A DNA stretch of 38,519 bases from Gammaproteobacteria bacterium (GCA_027484495.1 JAIXSW010000327.1:1-38519), one strand, 5' to 3'; shown: positions 1-8,843, counted from the stretch's first letter. The notes: a model not told the origin generated them from the letters alone. A program made the numbers and translations.

Positions 1-1120
1 CGGTATGTGGCTGCATCTGCCGACGTCTTAAAATGGCAGGCATCACTACGTCATTACTGATCATCGTGCCAAGCGCCAGCGTGGCAATCACAATCATCGA
101 GGTTGCTGCCGAAAATCCGCCGATAAACACAAATGCACTGAGGACATCCCAGCCCTGACTGGCCGGAATTAACAACACAAAACTGTCGGCATGATTCAGC
201 TGGGTCGGAAATAACTCCACGCCGGCCATCGCGATAGGCACAACCACCAGCGTCACTAACACCAGATACAGCACAAACCAGCGTCTGGCCTGATGCAAAT
301 GGGTCGCCGCCGTATTTTCGACAAAAGTGACATGAAACTGGCGCGGCAATAAAAATACCGCACAGACAGCCAGTAAGGTTTTGGTGAAAAAACTCAGCGC
401 ACTAAAAGCTTCAGCTGATTGTTGGCTGGCGCTGTGTTGCTGGAACTGTTGCAACAACATTGTGGGGGCTGGGATCAGCCAGTACAGCACTGCACCGGCC
501 AGCAACAATAGTGCCGCCAGTTTAATCACTGATTCAAAAGCGATGGCCGCCATCACACCACGATTTTGCTCTGTCAGGTGGACTTTGCGGGTGCCAAATA
601 AAATGGCAAACAATGCCATCGTCGCCGCACTCCACAGTGCCGAATCCTGCCACACCGGTCCTGCTGTGTCCGCCGAACCGCCGACCAATACCTGATAAGA
701 GCTTGTGACTGCTTTGAGCTGCAACGCGATATAGGGTACCACCACCACCAGGCACAACAATGCAGTCAGCGCTGCAATCGCCTGACGTTTGCCATAACGG
801 GCACTGATAAAGTCGGTTAGCGAGGTCACATTGTGTTTTTTGGCAACAAACAACAGCTTGCGCAATAACCGATGACCGAATAAGTACAACAGCACCGGCC
901 CCAGATAGATCGGCAGATAGTCCCAACCAGAACTCACTGCAGACCCAACAGCACCATAATAAGTCCAGGAAGTACAATAAATCGCCAGCGCCAGACTGTA
1001 GATCGCCCCCCCATACTTTTGTAGTATCGAATCATGACGTGGCTGGTCAGCCCAATTCGCGATGGCAAATAGTCCGCCGATATACGCGACCGCCAGCATG
1101 ATGATCCAGCCTGTTGCCAC
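1..1120 (-). CDS. crbS: CrbS/MxtR-type hybrid sensor histidine kinase, N-terminal sodium:solute symporter (SLC5)-like domain; partial, runs off the left edge
   Basis: Absent from the ORF track because it has no stop in the window. Manual translation from GTG at 1120 (RBS GAGGAG at 1127-1132) gives MATGWIIMLAVAYIGGLFAIA...IYSLALAIYCTSWTYYGAVG...DFISARYGK...PYIALQLKAV...LFGTRKVHLTEQNRGVMAAIAFES...LLPRQFHVTFVEN, the hallmark N-terminus of CrbS-family sensors. It is divergent from actP. The kinase domains lie outside the window. Confidence 0.88.
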   Translation of the reverse strand, partial: MATGWIIMLAVAYIGGLFAIANWADQPRHDSILQKYGGAIYSLALAIYCTSWTYYGAVGSAVSSGWDYLPIYLGPVLLYLFGHRLLRKLLFVAKKHNVTSLTDFISARYGKRQAIAALTALLCLVVVVPYIALQLKAVTSSYQVLVGGSADTAGPVWQDSALWSAATMALFAILFGTRKVHLTEQNRGVMAAIAFESVIKLAALLLLAGAVLYWLIPAPTMLLQQFQQHSASQQSAEAFSALSFFTKTLLAVCAVFLLPRQFHVTFVENTAATHLHQARRWFVLYLVLVTLVVVPIAMAGVELFPTQLNHADSFVLLIPASQGWDVLSAFVFIGGFSAATSMIVIATLALGTMISNDVVMPAILRRRQMQPHT

Positions 1121-1261
1121 CCGATACTCCTCTTTTTACTTCAATTAGTTACAACCTAACCAGCCAGCAAACATCCGATTGCTGTTGCCGCTCAGTCTTT
1201 GATAAATCAGCAGGACTGTCAATCACATCAGCGGGCAAAACCTGATGTCTGTCAACCACTT

Positions 1262-1273
1262 CGACTAAAGTCG
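1262..1273. promoter_or_regulatory. Putative CrbR/ErdR binding site (CGAC-TAAA-GTCG)
   Basis: Inverted repeat with the GAC-N4-GTC core known for CrbR/ErdR boxes, about 100 bp upstream of the DUF4212-actP operon and next to crbS. Confidence 0.7.
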
Positions 1274-1373
1274 GGCTAGGCGTTTTGCCAACACCGGCTA
1301 TTGTGTAACCAGCGGCAATTGCCAGCTCACAACAGGTTATAACAATAAACAAAACACAACGAGGAGAGACTTT

Positions 1374-1640
1374 ATGGCGTTCCACAGCTCTGAACAAGCC
1401 AGTGCCTATTGGCGCGAGAATGTCAGTCTGATGCTGAAACTGCTGGCGATCTGGTTTGCAGTTTCATTCGGTGCCGGCATTTTATTTGTCGACGCACTGA
1501 ACGCAGTCCAGTTTTTCGGCTTTAAGCTCGGATTCTGGTTCGCGCAACAGGGTTCAATTTACGTTTTTGTCCTGCTGATTTTCGTCTACGTGGTGAAGAT
1601 GAATCAGTTAGACCAAAAATACAACGTCCAAGAAGATTAA
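1374..1640 (+). CDS. DUF4212-family small membrane subunit of solute:sodium symporter
   Basis: 88 aa with two hydrophobic segments and motifs YWRENV and GFKLGFWFAQQGSIYVFV. RBS GAGGAG; 10 bp upstream of the symporter. Confidence 0.9.
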   Translation: MAFHSSEQASAYWRENVSLMLKLLAIWFAVSFGAGILFVDALNAVQFFGFKLGFWFAQQGSIYVFVLLIFVYVVKMNQLDQKYNVQED

Positions 1641-1650
1641 GGGGCGCGCC

Positions 1651-3363
1651 ATGGATTTACAGACTCTCACTTATATTATTGTCGGTGCGACCTTCCTGTT
1701 GTACATAGGTATCGCCATCTGGGCTCGGGCCGGCTCCACTCACGAATTCTACGTCGCCGGCGGTGGTGTATCACCATTAGCCAACGGCATGGCAACTGCT
1801 GCCGACTGGATGTCTGCAGCATCCTTCATTTCGATGGCCGGTTTAATTTCCTTTATGGGGTACGATGGTTCAGTCTATCTGATGGGCTGGACCGGTGGTT
1901 ATGTGCTGCTGGCGTTATGTCTGGCGCCCTACCTGCGTAAATTCGGCAAATTCACAGTGCCGGATTTTATCGGTGACCGCTATTACTCACAAACGGCGCG
2001 TACTGTTGCCGTGGTTTGTGCGATCCTGGTGTCGTTTGTCTATGTTGCCGGCCAGATGCGTGGTGTCGGCGTCGTTTTCAGCCGCTTTCTGGAAGTAGAT
2101 ATTGAAACTGGTGTTGTTGTCGGTATGGCCGTGGTGTTTTTCTACGCCGTACTTGGTGGCATGAAAGGCATTACTTACACCCAGGTCGCACAATATTGTG
2201 TGCTGATTTTTGCCTATCTGGTTCCTGCCGTGTTTATCTCCTTAATGATCACCGGTAACCCCATTCCACAGCTTGGCTTTGGTGGCACTATTGAAGGCAC
2301 AGATACGTACTTACTGGATAAATTAGACGGCCTGTCAAAAGACCTTGGCTTTGCCATGTATACCGATGGTACTAAGTCGATGATCGACGTGTTCGCCATT
2401 ACGGCAGCCTTGATGGTCGGTACTGCCGGTTTGCCTCACGTTATCGTACGGTTCTTCACAGTGCCACGCGTGAAAGATGCGCGTATTTCCGCTGGCTGGG
2501 CATTGATTTTCATCATGATTTTATACACCACAGCACCTTCGGTCGGCGCATTTGCCCGATATAATTTGATCGACACCATCAACGGCCCGGATCAGCAAGG
2601 CACGCTGGTCAGTGAAACACCGCAGTGGATCAACAATTGGGCAAAAACCGGTCTGATCAAGCATGAAGATAAAAATGGTGATGGCCGCATGTTCTATTCA
2701 GGTGATGAGCGCAATGAGATGACCATTGACCGCGACATCATGGTATTGGCGAACCCGGAAATTGCGAAATTACCAAACTGGGTGATTGCACTGGTAGCAG
2801 CAGGCGCGATAGCGGCAGCATTATCCACTGCAGCTGGCTTGTTACTGGTGATTTCGACGTCAATTTCGCACGACTTACTGAAGCGAAATCTGATGCCGAA
2901 TATCTCGGATAAAATGGAATTGCGTTATGCAAGGGGCGCGGCAGCAGTGGCGATCTTGGTGGCCGGCTATCTGGGGATTAATCCGCCAGGCTTTGTAGCC
3001 GAAGTTGTAGCCTTTGCTTTCGGTTTAGCGGCGGCCAGCTTCTTCCCGGCGATTATCCTGGGCATTTTCTACAAGAAAATGAATAAAGAAGGTGCGATCG
3101 CCGGTATGTTAGCAGGCATGGTGTTTACCATCGGCTATATCGTCTACTTTAAAGGCATCTTTATTACCCCGATGGCGGCCAATATTCCGGCCAACTGGTT
3201 CCTCGGTATTTCACCGGAAGGTATCGGTACCGTGGGGATGCTGGTGAATTTCATCGTGGCCTTTGTGGTTAGCAAATTCACCAAAGAAGTCCCGGTCGAA
3301 GTACAGGAAATTGTCGAATCTATCCGGTTCCCGAAAGGTGCTGGTGCGGCATCTGCCCACTAA
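1651..3363 (+). CDS. actP: Cation/acetate symporter, sodium:solute symporter family (ActP-like)
   Basis: 570 aa polytopic protein with SSS motifs FYVAGG, GMATAADWMSAASFIS, KFTVPDFIGDRY, GTAGLPHVIVRFFTVP and AAALSTAAGLLL. Context with crbS and DUF4212 fits. Confidence 0.88.
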   Translation: MDLQTLTYIIVGATFLLYIGIAIWARAGSTHEFYVAGGGVSPLANGMATAADWMSAASFISMAGLISFMGYDGSVYLMGWTGGYVLLALCLAPYLRKFGKFTVPDFIGDRYYSQTARTVAVVCAILVSFVYVAGQMRGVGVVFSRFLEVDIETGVVVGMAVVFFYAVLGGMKGITYTQVAQYCVLIFAYLVPAVFISLMITGNPIPQLGFGGTIEGTDTYLLDKLDGLSKDLGFAMYTDGTKSMIDVFAITAALMVGTAGLPHVIVRFFTVPRVKDARISAGWALIFIMILYTTAPSVGAFARYNLIDTINGPDQQGTLVSETPQWINNWAKTGLIKHEDKNGDGRMFYSGDERNEMTIDRDIMVLANPEIAKLPNWVIALVAAGAIAAALSTAAGLLLVISTSISHDLLKRNLMPNISDKMELRYARGAAAVAILVAGYLGINPPGFVAEVVAFAFGLAAASFFPAIILGIFYKKMNKEGAIAGMLAGMVFTIGYIVYFKGIFITPMAANIPANWFLGISPEGIGTVGMLVNFIVAFVVSKFTKEVPVEVQEIVESIRFPKGAGAASAH

Positions 3364-3398
3364 GTTTACTCTGAGACAATCGGACACACCGCAGTATC

Positions 3399-3426
3399 AG
3401 GTCAGCGTCCCGGCGCTGACCTTTTT
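3399..3426 (+). terminator. Intrinsic terminator-like hairpin between actP and the DUF294 gene
   Basis: AGGTCAGCG-tcccgg-CGCTGACCT followed by TTTT; ends just before the next RBS (CAGGAG). Confidence 0.65.
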
Positions 3427-3442
3427 CATTCAGGAGCTTGTC

Positions 3443-5248
3443 ATGCAAATTCAGCAAGTGGTGCAGTTTTTATCGCAAGTTCCCCCTTTTGCCGATTTAC
3501 CAGCGGCCGACCTCACCGCACTCAGCCAGCAAATTAAGATCTATTACGCGGTGCAAGCCGAACAAATACCGTTCAGCCACCAGCTGGTGTTGGTGCGCAC
3601 CGGCTTGTTTTTGATGCAACAACAACAGCAGCTGTATCCGTTGCAAAGCGGAGATTGTTGGGGCTATCGCCAATTGCTAACGCAACAGGATGTCGCCGAA
3701 CAACTCCATTGTCAGGAAGATGGCTTGGTCTATCTGATCCCGCAGGCGGTGTTCGAACAATATCAGCATCAATTCAAAAATTTTGCGTTGTATTTTCAGC
3801 GCTTGCTTGGCAGGGCGCTGCATCTGCATCAGCAAAGTACAACTGACCATCAGCGTGTTGGCGATCTCTGTGCCCGGCAGGTTTACAGCATACAAGGTGA
3901 TGCCACGATCCAGCAGGCAGCGATATTGATGACGCAACAGCGGATATCGTCTGTCTTAGTCATGACCGACAACCAGCTTTGCGGTATTCTGACCGACCGC
4001 GACTTACGCAGTAAAGTGCTGGCCGCCGGCCTGCCAGCGCATACCCCCATCGAGCAGGTGATGACTCGCAATCCTTACCGCATTGCCGCCGACGCTTTTA
4101 GTTTTGAAGCCCTGCAGCTGATGAGCCAACATAATATTCACCACTTACCGGTCGAACAGGCTGGCAACATCACCGGTGTGCTGACGACCAGCGATTTGGT
4201 GCGCAGTACGCAGGAACATCCCCTGTTTTTAATCAGCCATATTCACCGGCAGCACGATAGTGCCGGCCTGAGCGCCTGCCAGGCATCTATCACACAACTG
4301 TGCAGGCAATTGGGACAACAACAATTGCCATCCCGCGAAATCAGTCAAATCCTGACCACTTTGTATGACGCGCTGGCGCAAAGCTGGCTAAAGCTGGCAC
4401 TACAACATCTTGGCCCTGCCCCATGTGCATTCAGCTGGTTGTGCTTTGGTTCGCAAGCCCGCCAGGACATGTTACTCAGTGCCGATCAAGACAATGCCCT
4501 GTTGCTGGAGAAAGAACCGGTCGGTGATGTTGAACGCTACTTCAGTGCACTGGCCAGCTTTGTCTGCGACGGCCTGGCCAGCTCCGGTCAGGTGCATTGT
4601 CCGGGATTGGTGATGGCCAGCAATCCGAAGTTGCGGCTCAGTCTCGCTGGCTGGTCGGGCCGTTTTGCCAGCATGATCCAGACCCCCACACCACAGGCGC
4701 TGCTCGACAGCAGTATTTATTTTGATGCCCGGGTGGTCGCTGGCAGTCAGGCACTGTTTAATGCACTGCAGTCGGACATTCTGGCCATCAGCCACCAGCA
4801 ACTGTTTATCTGGCAACTGGCAAAAAATGCGCTGAGCCATCAACCGCCACTGGGATTTTTTAAGCACTTTATCCTGGAGCAAGATGGCGCCAAACGCCGG
4901 GGACTGGATTTAAAAAAACGCGGCATTGCCCTTATTCATGATGTCGTCAGAGTCCATGCGCTGGCCCATGGGGTTTCTGCCGTCCAGACGCCGGCACGAC
5001 TCGACGCTTTGGTCAGATTGCAGGTGCTCAGCGCCAGCGAAGCCAGGGATTTAACCGCCGCATTTGAATTGCTGCACCAGCTGCGCTGGCAACTGCAATA
5101 TGCCGCACTGCAACAAGGCGGCTCTATGACCAATTTACAGGATCCGGCCCAGTTGAATGTGTTGCAACGTCATCAGCTGAAAGATGCCTTTGCCGTGATC
5201 AGTCAGCACCAGCAAATCGTGGCACAGCGTTATTGCCGGGAGCTTTGA
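3443..5248 (+). CDS. cNMP-binding / CBS-pair / DUF294 putative nucleotidyltransferase (GlnD/GlnE-like NTase fold)
   Basis: Start moved to ATG 3443 (RBS CAGGAG). N-terminal FLSQVPPFADL is cNMP-like; CBS pair GILTDRDLR...VMTRNP...HNIHHLPV...GVLTTSDL; NTase motif FGSQARQDM..SADQDNAL; C-terminal PPLGFF...LDLKKRG...LKDAF. Confidence 0.9.
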   Translation: MQIQQVVQFLSQVPPFADLPAADLTALSQQIKIYYAVQAEQIPFSHQLVLVRTGLFLMQQQQQLYPLQSGDCWGYRQLLTQQDVAEQLHCQEDGLVYLIPQAVFEQYQHQFKNFALYFQRLLGRALHLHQQSTTDHQRVGDLCARQVYSIQGDATIQQAAILMTQQRISSVLVMTDNQLCGILTDRDLRSKVLAAGLPAHTPIEQVMTRNPYRIAADAFSFEALQLMSQHNIHHLPVEQAGNITGVLTTSDLVRSTQEHPLFLISHIHRQHDSAGLSACQASITQLCRQLGQQQLPSREISQILTTLYDALAQSWLKLALQHLGPAPCAFSWLCFGSQARQDMLLSADQDNALLLEKEPVGDVERYFSALASFVCDGLASSGQVHCPGLVMASNPKLRLSLAGWSGRFASMIQTPTPQALLDSSIYFDARVVAGSQALFNALQSDILAISHQQLFIWQLAKNALSHQPPLGFFKHFILEQDGAKRRGLDLKKRGIALIHDVVRVHALAHGVSAVQTPARLDALVRLQVLSASEARDLTAAFELLHQLRWQLQYAALQQGGSMTNLQDPAQLNVLQRHQLKDAFAVISQHQQIVAQRYCREL

Positions 5249-5250
5249 GG

Positions 5251-5928
5251 ATGTTATTCACTAGCTGGTTACAGCGACTGAGCGCGCTACGCCGGAGTAC
5301 CGCCTTTCCCGGACTTCAAACCGTTTCGGGTCAGTTACTGGCGCGGCAGGCGCAATTTCTGGTGCTCGACCTGGAAACCAGCGGTCTGGACGCTAAACAG
5401 CATCATATTGTCAGTGCGGGCTGGGTCTGCATCAATCAGTTGCAGCTTGATTTGTCTGACAGCTTTTACAGCACGCTGCGACCAGCAACTGCCGAGGCCA
5501 GAACTCTCGGCCAAAGTGCCGTGATCCACGGCTTACATCAGGCCGATTTGGCGGGTGGCATCAGCGAAAGTGAATTTTTACGCGAATTTTTACAAGCCGC
5601 TGCCGGCCGGGTGCTGGTCTGTCATCACAGCGCGATCGAAAGCCGTTTCCTGCAGCAGGCGTTTAAACGTCAGTATCAACAAAGTCCGGTACTGCGATTC
5701 GCAGATACGCTGGCTCTGGAACAACAACGCCTGCAGCGCCAGGGTCAGGTGGTGAATAACAACGCGCTGAGTCTGAACCAGTGTCTGCTGCGCCATGGCA
5801 TGCCACAAATCCAGGCGCACAATGCGCTGGAGGATGCTTACGGCTGCGCGTTATTGCTACTCAGTCAGATCCGGGCCCGCGGCAAAGATTTAACGATCAA
5901 GGCGTTATTCAACCCGCATGCGGTCTGA
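5251..5928 (+). CDS. DEDDh 3'-5' exonuclease (DnaQ/RNase T-like)
   Basis: ExoI VLDLETSGLD, ExoII variant HHSAIE, ExoIII HNALEDA. ATG at 5251 lies 2 bp after the DUF294 stop. Confidence 0.88.
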   Translation: MLFTSWLQRLSALRRSTAFPGLQTVSGQLLARQAQFLVLDLETSGLDAKQHHIVSAGWVCINQLQLDLSDSFYSTLRPATAEARTLGQSAVIHGLHQADLAGGISESEFLREFLQAAAGRVLVCHHSAIESRFLQQAFKRQYQQSPVLRFADTLALEQQRLQRQGQVVNNNALSLNQCLLRHGMPQIQAHNALEDAYGCALLLLSQIRARGKDLTIKALFNPHAV

Positions 5929-5980
5929 CGCGGAACAATAGCCAACGCCGGCTAATGACCCCAGCGGTGATGATCCCGGC

Positions 5981-6011
5981 AAAAAAAAACCGCCAAAAGG
6001 CGGTTTTTTTT
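5981..6011. terminator. Bidirectional intrinsic terminator
   Basis: A9-CCGCC-aaaa-GGCGG-T8 between the convergent exonuclease and efp genes. Confidence 0.9.
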
Positions 6012-6024
6012 AGCAGAACACCAA

Positions 6025-6582
6025 TTACTTGGCGCGGCTGCGGTACTCGTCAGTACGGGTGTCGATTTCGATTTTGTCACCGATCTCAACGAAAGCCGGA
6101 ACCTGAATTTCAAAACCAGTTTCCAGTTTTGCCAGCTTCATGACTTTACCTGAAGTGTCACCACGGGCAGCTGGTTCAGTGTAAGTCACTTCACGAACTA
6201 CGATAGTCGGCAGGTCAACAGAGATAGCACGTTCGCCGTAGAATACAACTGAACAAGCCATTTCTGGCATCAGATACTTCAGAGCATCTGTCATGTTGTC
6301 GGCTTCGATTTCGTATTGATTGTATTCAGCATCCATGAACACGTACATTGGATCAGCGAAGTAAGAATAAGTTACTTCTTTAGTTTCCAGCAGGACTTGT
6401 TCAAATTTGTCGTCTGCGCGGTATACAGTTTCTGTACCCTGGCCAGACAGCAGACCTTTCAGCTTCATTTTTACAACAGCAGAGTTACGGCCTGATTTGT
6501 TGAATTCAGCTTTCTGAACAACCATCGGCTCGTTGTCGACCATAATGACCTGGCCGGCGCGTACTTCTTGAGCAGTCTTCAT
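6025..6582 (-). CDS. efp: Translation elongation factor P (Arg32, rhamnosylated type)
   Basis: MKTAQE...FNKSGRNSA places Arg at position 32 when counted from ATG 6582. C-terminal EPAARGDT...[13 protein letters not shown]; adjacent to earP. Confidence 0.98.
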   Translation of the reverse strand: MKTAQEVRAGQVIMVDNEPMVVQKAEFNKSGRNSAVVKMKLKGLLSGQGTETVYRADDKFEQVLLETKEVTYSYFADPMYVFMDAEYNQYEIEADNMTDALKYLMPEMACSVVFYGERAISVDLPTIVVREVTYTEPAARGDTSGKVMKLAKLETGFEIQVPAFVEIGDKIEIDTRTDEYRSRAK

Positions 6583-6603
6583 CATAATTGAAATATCTTC
6601 TTG

Positions 6604-7812
6604 TTAGGAAAAATTGCGCGACATTATAAGTCGGTTTTGTGCAAAACGCACGAGGTTGCTGGCAAGATCTTGCTGAGCCAGTAACTTATGCTGCCAGCGC
6701 AGCATAAGCCCCTGTATTTCATCGAAATTATCTACGAGTTGCGGCCAAAAAGCAGCAAAATTCTGCTCCTGTTCCCAGGCCAGATGCAGCTGACGCCACC
6801 AAGCTGCCAGTGCCGGTGGCTCTTCAGCTAACATCAATGTCAGAAATGCGTCGAGTTTTTCCAGATGCGCCTGCTCTGCCTGACGATAAATCTGCCAGAT
6901 AAAAGGCCGGCCGGCCCAATGGGCCCGGATCACCGAATCTTCACCCCGGACAAAATTCAAATCACAGAGCGCCAACAAAACATCGTAATCCGGTTGCGGC
7001 ACAAACGGCAGGATCTGTAGTGTCAGACTGCCCCACTGCAACAGCCCCTGTTGTTGCAGGTCCGGATAACTGGCGCGCAAATATTGCGCCAGAGCACCTT
7101 CGGCAACCAGTACCCAATTAGGCCGGCTGTCTGCGCTCAGCAGTTCCAGCCAAGGCTGGATCCCGGCCTGGCTGTACGCAAACACTGAGATCACCCGGCA
7201 ATCCGGCGCAGGCAATGTCAGACCGAGTTGACGCCACGCCGCAGCTCTGGCAGCCGCATGTTGCTGCAGATGCCGGGCGGATGCCACCACCTGCGACTCA
7301 CGCAGCAGTCCACCCACATCCGCAGTAAAACCAGGGAAAAAAAAGTATTTTTTTAACCGGATCCCCGCCTGAGGCGATGGCAAACCATGACAGCCACTGG
7401 CCCAGTCTTCGGCAGTCAGATACTCCAGATTCAGCCACAGCGCCTGTGGGTTGGCTCTAGCGAGTGCATTGAGAAAATCCGCCGGCACAGTGCAAGCCAA
7501 AGCTTCAATACACAGCTGGACAGTACGAAGTTCATCGGCTTCCAATAACGTCTGTGCTGGTACAGCCGTCTGCCAGTGCAGAATGTCGACACCGGCAATA
7601 TGCTGGCGTATTGCCGTGGGGGCAACTTCAGGACAAATCCGGACAAAGCTGGCCAGATCATCGACAAACAACCGCACCTGACAGCCATGCTCTGCCACCA
7701 GCTGACGGGACAACCGCCAGCAGATACCGATATCACCAAAATTATCAATGACGGAGCAGAACATCACCACCGACAGGCCGCGCGAAGGTAACGCAGCAAC
7801 AGATTCAGACAA
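6604..7812 (-). CDS. earP: EF-P arginine-32 rhamnosyltransferase EarP
   Basis: Motifs FCSVIDNFGDIGICWRLSRQL, WLNLEYLTAEDW, KYFFFPGF, NFVRGEDS and PFIWQIY. TTG start with GGAG RBS; directly upstream of efp. Confidence 0.97.
   Translation of the reverse strand: MSESVAALPSRGLSVVMFCSVIDNFGDIGICWRLSRQLVAEHGCQVRLFVDDLASFVRICPEVAPTAIRQHIAGVDILHWQTAVPAQTLLEADELRTVQLCIEALACTVPADFLNALARANPQALWLNLEYLTAEDWASGCHGLPSPQAGIRLKKYFFFPGFTADVGGLLRESQVVASARHLQQHAAARAAAWRQLGLTLPAPDCRVISVFAYSQAGIQPWLELLSADSRPNWVLVAEGALAQYLRASYPDLQQQGLLQWGSLTLQILPFVPQPDYDVLLALCDLNFVRGEDSVIRAHWAGRPFIWQIYRQAEQAHLEKLDAFLTLMLAEEPPALAAWWRQLHLAWEQEQNFAAFWPQLVDNFDEIQGLMLRWQHKLLAQQDLASNLVRFAQNRLIMSRNFS
6623..6651 (-). promoter_or_regulatory. 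Possible internal sigma70 promoter for efp inside the earP 3' end
   Basis: Minus strand GTGCGT-17 bp-TATAAT followed by GC-rich GTCGCGC, about 40 bp upstream of the efp start. Confidence 0.5.
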
Positions 7813-7838
7813 GATTTAACTCCGCGGTGATCACCAGA

Positions 7839-8213
7839 TTAAGCCAATATGGCGCGCAGTATAACACCGGCAAGTTTGAGGCTGAACGCCAGACAAACCA
7901 GGCACAGCACCAAGAACAACAGCAGCATCAGCTGATACCAGCCAACACGCAGCCAATATCCTAACCGCGCCAACAGACCTGCCACCGGCTTTGCTGCCGG
8001 CACCTGCTGAAACATTTGTCTTGCCAGCAACAACAGAAGACACCACAACAATAACAACAAAGGTAACAACAACCATTCGCTACGCTGCGGTAATAAAAAA
8101 AGCACGACAGTGCCCAGCAATAACAGCAATGCGCAGATCTGCAGAAATTGTGGCGAAAACCAGTGGCTTGAGCGTTGCAACAGCTGCTGATAACGCTGCC
8201 AGAACCTGCCCAT
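7839..8213 (-). CDS. Hypothetical inner-membrane protein (about 3 TM, Leu-rich)
   Basis: 124 aa with long hydrophobic runs. ATG overlaps the upstream stop (TGATG); ends 26 bp before earP. Confidence 0.75.
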   Translation of the reverse strand: MGRFWQRYQQLLQRSSHWFSPQFLQICALLLLLGTVVLFLLPQRSEWLLLPLLLLLWCLLLLLARQMFQQVPAAKPVAGLLARLGYWLRVGWYQLMLLLFLVLCLVCLAFSLKLAGVILRAILA

Positions 8214-8740
8214 CAGCGCAGCTCCTGCTGATACAAATCCGGCGGATACAAAGCGACAATGTCGTCATCGCCGCGGTAATCAGCCACCAGCCAGATTTGT
8301 TCGAATGGCTGGGCGGCTGGCAACGTCATCGACTGTCGATAGTGCTGCAATTGTTCTGTACGCCAAAACGGATTGGTATTGCGGATCACCAGCCAAACAC
8401 GCTGACTGTCATAACTTTTGCCGGCTTTTTGCCGGATCAACCGATCTAATGCCGCCAGCATCCGTTGCGGCGTGGGTATCTGTGCCTGTGCAGCCAGCGC
8501 ATCGCGGGTCAGTGGGCTTAAATCGCGGCCAAGCAATTGCATGGCTTCGGCTTCGCTGCCGTACAGATGCGCGATCTCCAGGTCCAGCCTTTGTTGCGCC
8601 AAATAACAGGACACATCAGGTTTAGCCGGCTCGTTGTGCCAGATATGCCGCATCGATACGCCAAATTGGCGTTGATACAAACGCATAAATAACCGGGCAG
8701 CTTCATGTTCCAGCCGGATCTTTTCAGACACTTCCTGCAT
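8213..8740 (-). CDS. Hypothetical protein, possible PD-(D/E)xK restriction-endonuclease-like fold
   Basis: 175 aa soluble protein with pattern E(H)E...KPDVSC...LDLEIAH...LVIRN. Coupled to the downstream membrane gene. The fold call is inference. Confidence 0.75.
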   Translation of the reverse strand: MQEVSEKIRLEHEAARLFMRLYQRQFGVSMRHIWHNEPAKPDVSCYLAQQRLDLEIAHLYGSEAEAMQLLGRDLSPLTRDALAAQAQIPTPQRMLAALDRLIRQKAGKSYDSQRVWLVIRNTNPFWRTEQLQHYRQSMTLPAAQPFEQIWLVADYRGDDDIVALYPPDLYQQELR

Positions 8741-8843
8741 GCACTTGCCTAATGACGAAGAAACGAACCTGATTCTACTGCAGTTTTCCGCATGGCAGCT
8801 ATATTAATCAACACTGCGTTGTTTCGTGTTTCAGGGGGCTTTC

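Noticed and set aside
381-977. ORF-track entries 381..695(+) and 534..977(-)
   Set aside because: Both are shadows of the real crbS frame, which the track missed because it runs off the window edge.
1149-1397. 82-aa minus-strand ORF across the crbS/actP intergenic region
   Set aside because: It overlaps the promoter, the CrbR box and the DUF4212 start, and has no recognisable motif.
3263-3442. Long N-terminal extensions given by the ORF track (also 9967, 15946, 15988, 19821, 24141, 27851, 37800 and 38201)
   Set aside because: They overlap neighbouring genes, terminators or promoters. Downstream starts have RBSs and family-typical N-termini or signal peptides.
5251-5928. Annotation as DNA polymerase III epsilon (dnaQ) or a defence nuclease
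   Set aside because: No DnaQ C-terminal tail is apparent, and the gene is coupled to DUF294/actP rather than to replication or defence genes.
7991-8449. 152-aa plus-strand Thr-rich ORF
   Set aside because: It is the antisense reflection of the Leu-rich membrane gene, not an independent mucin-like protein.
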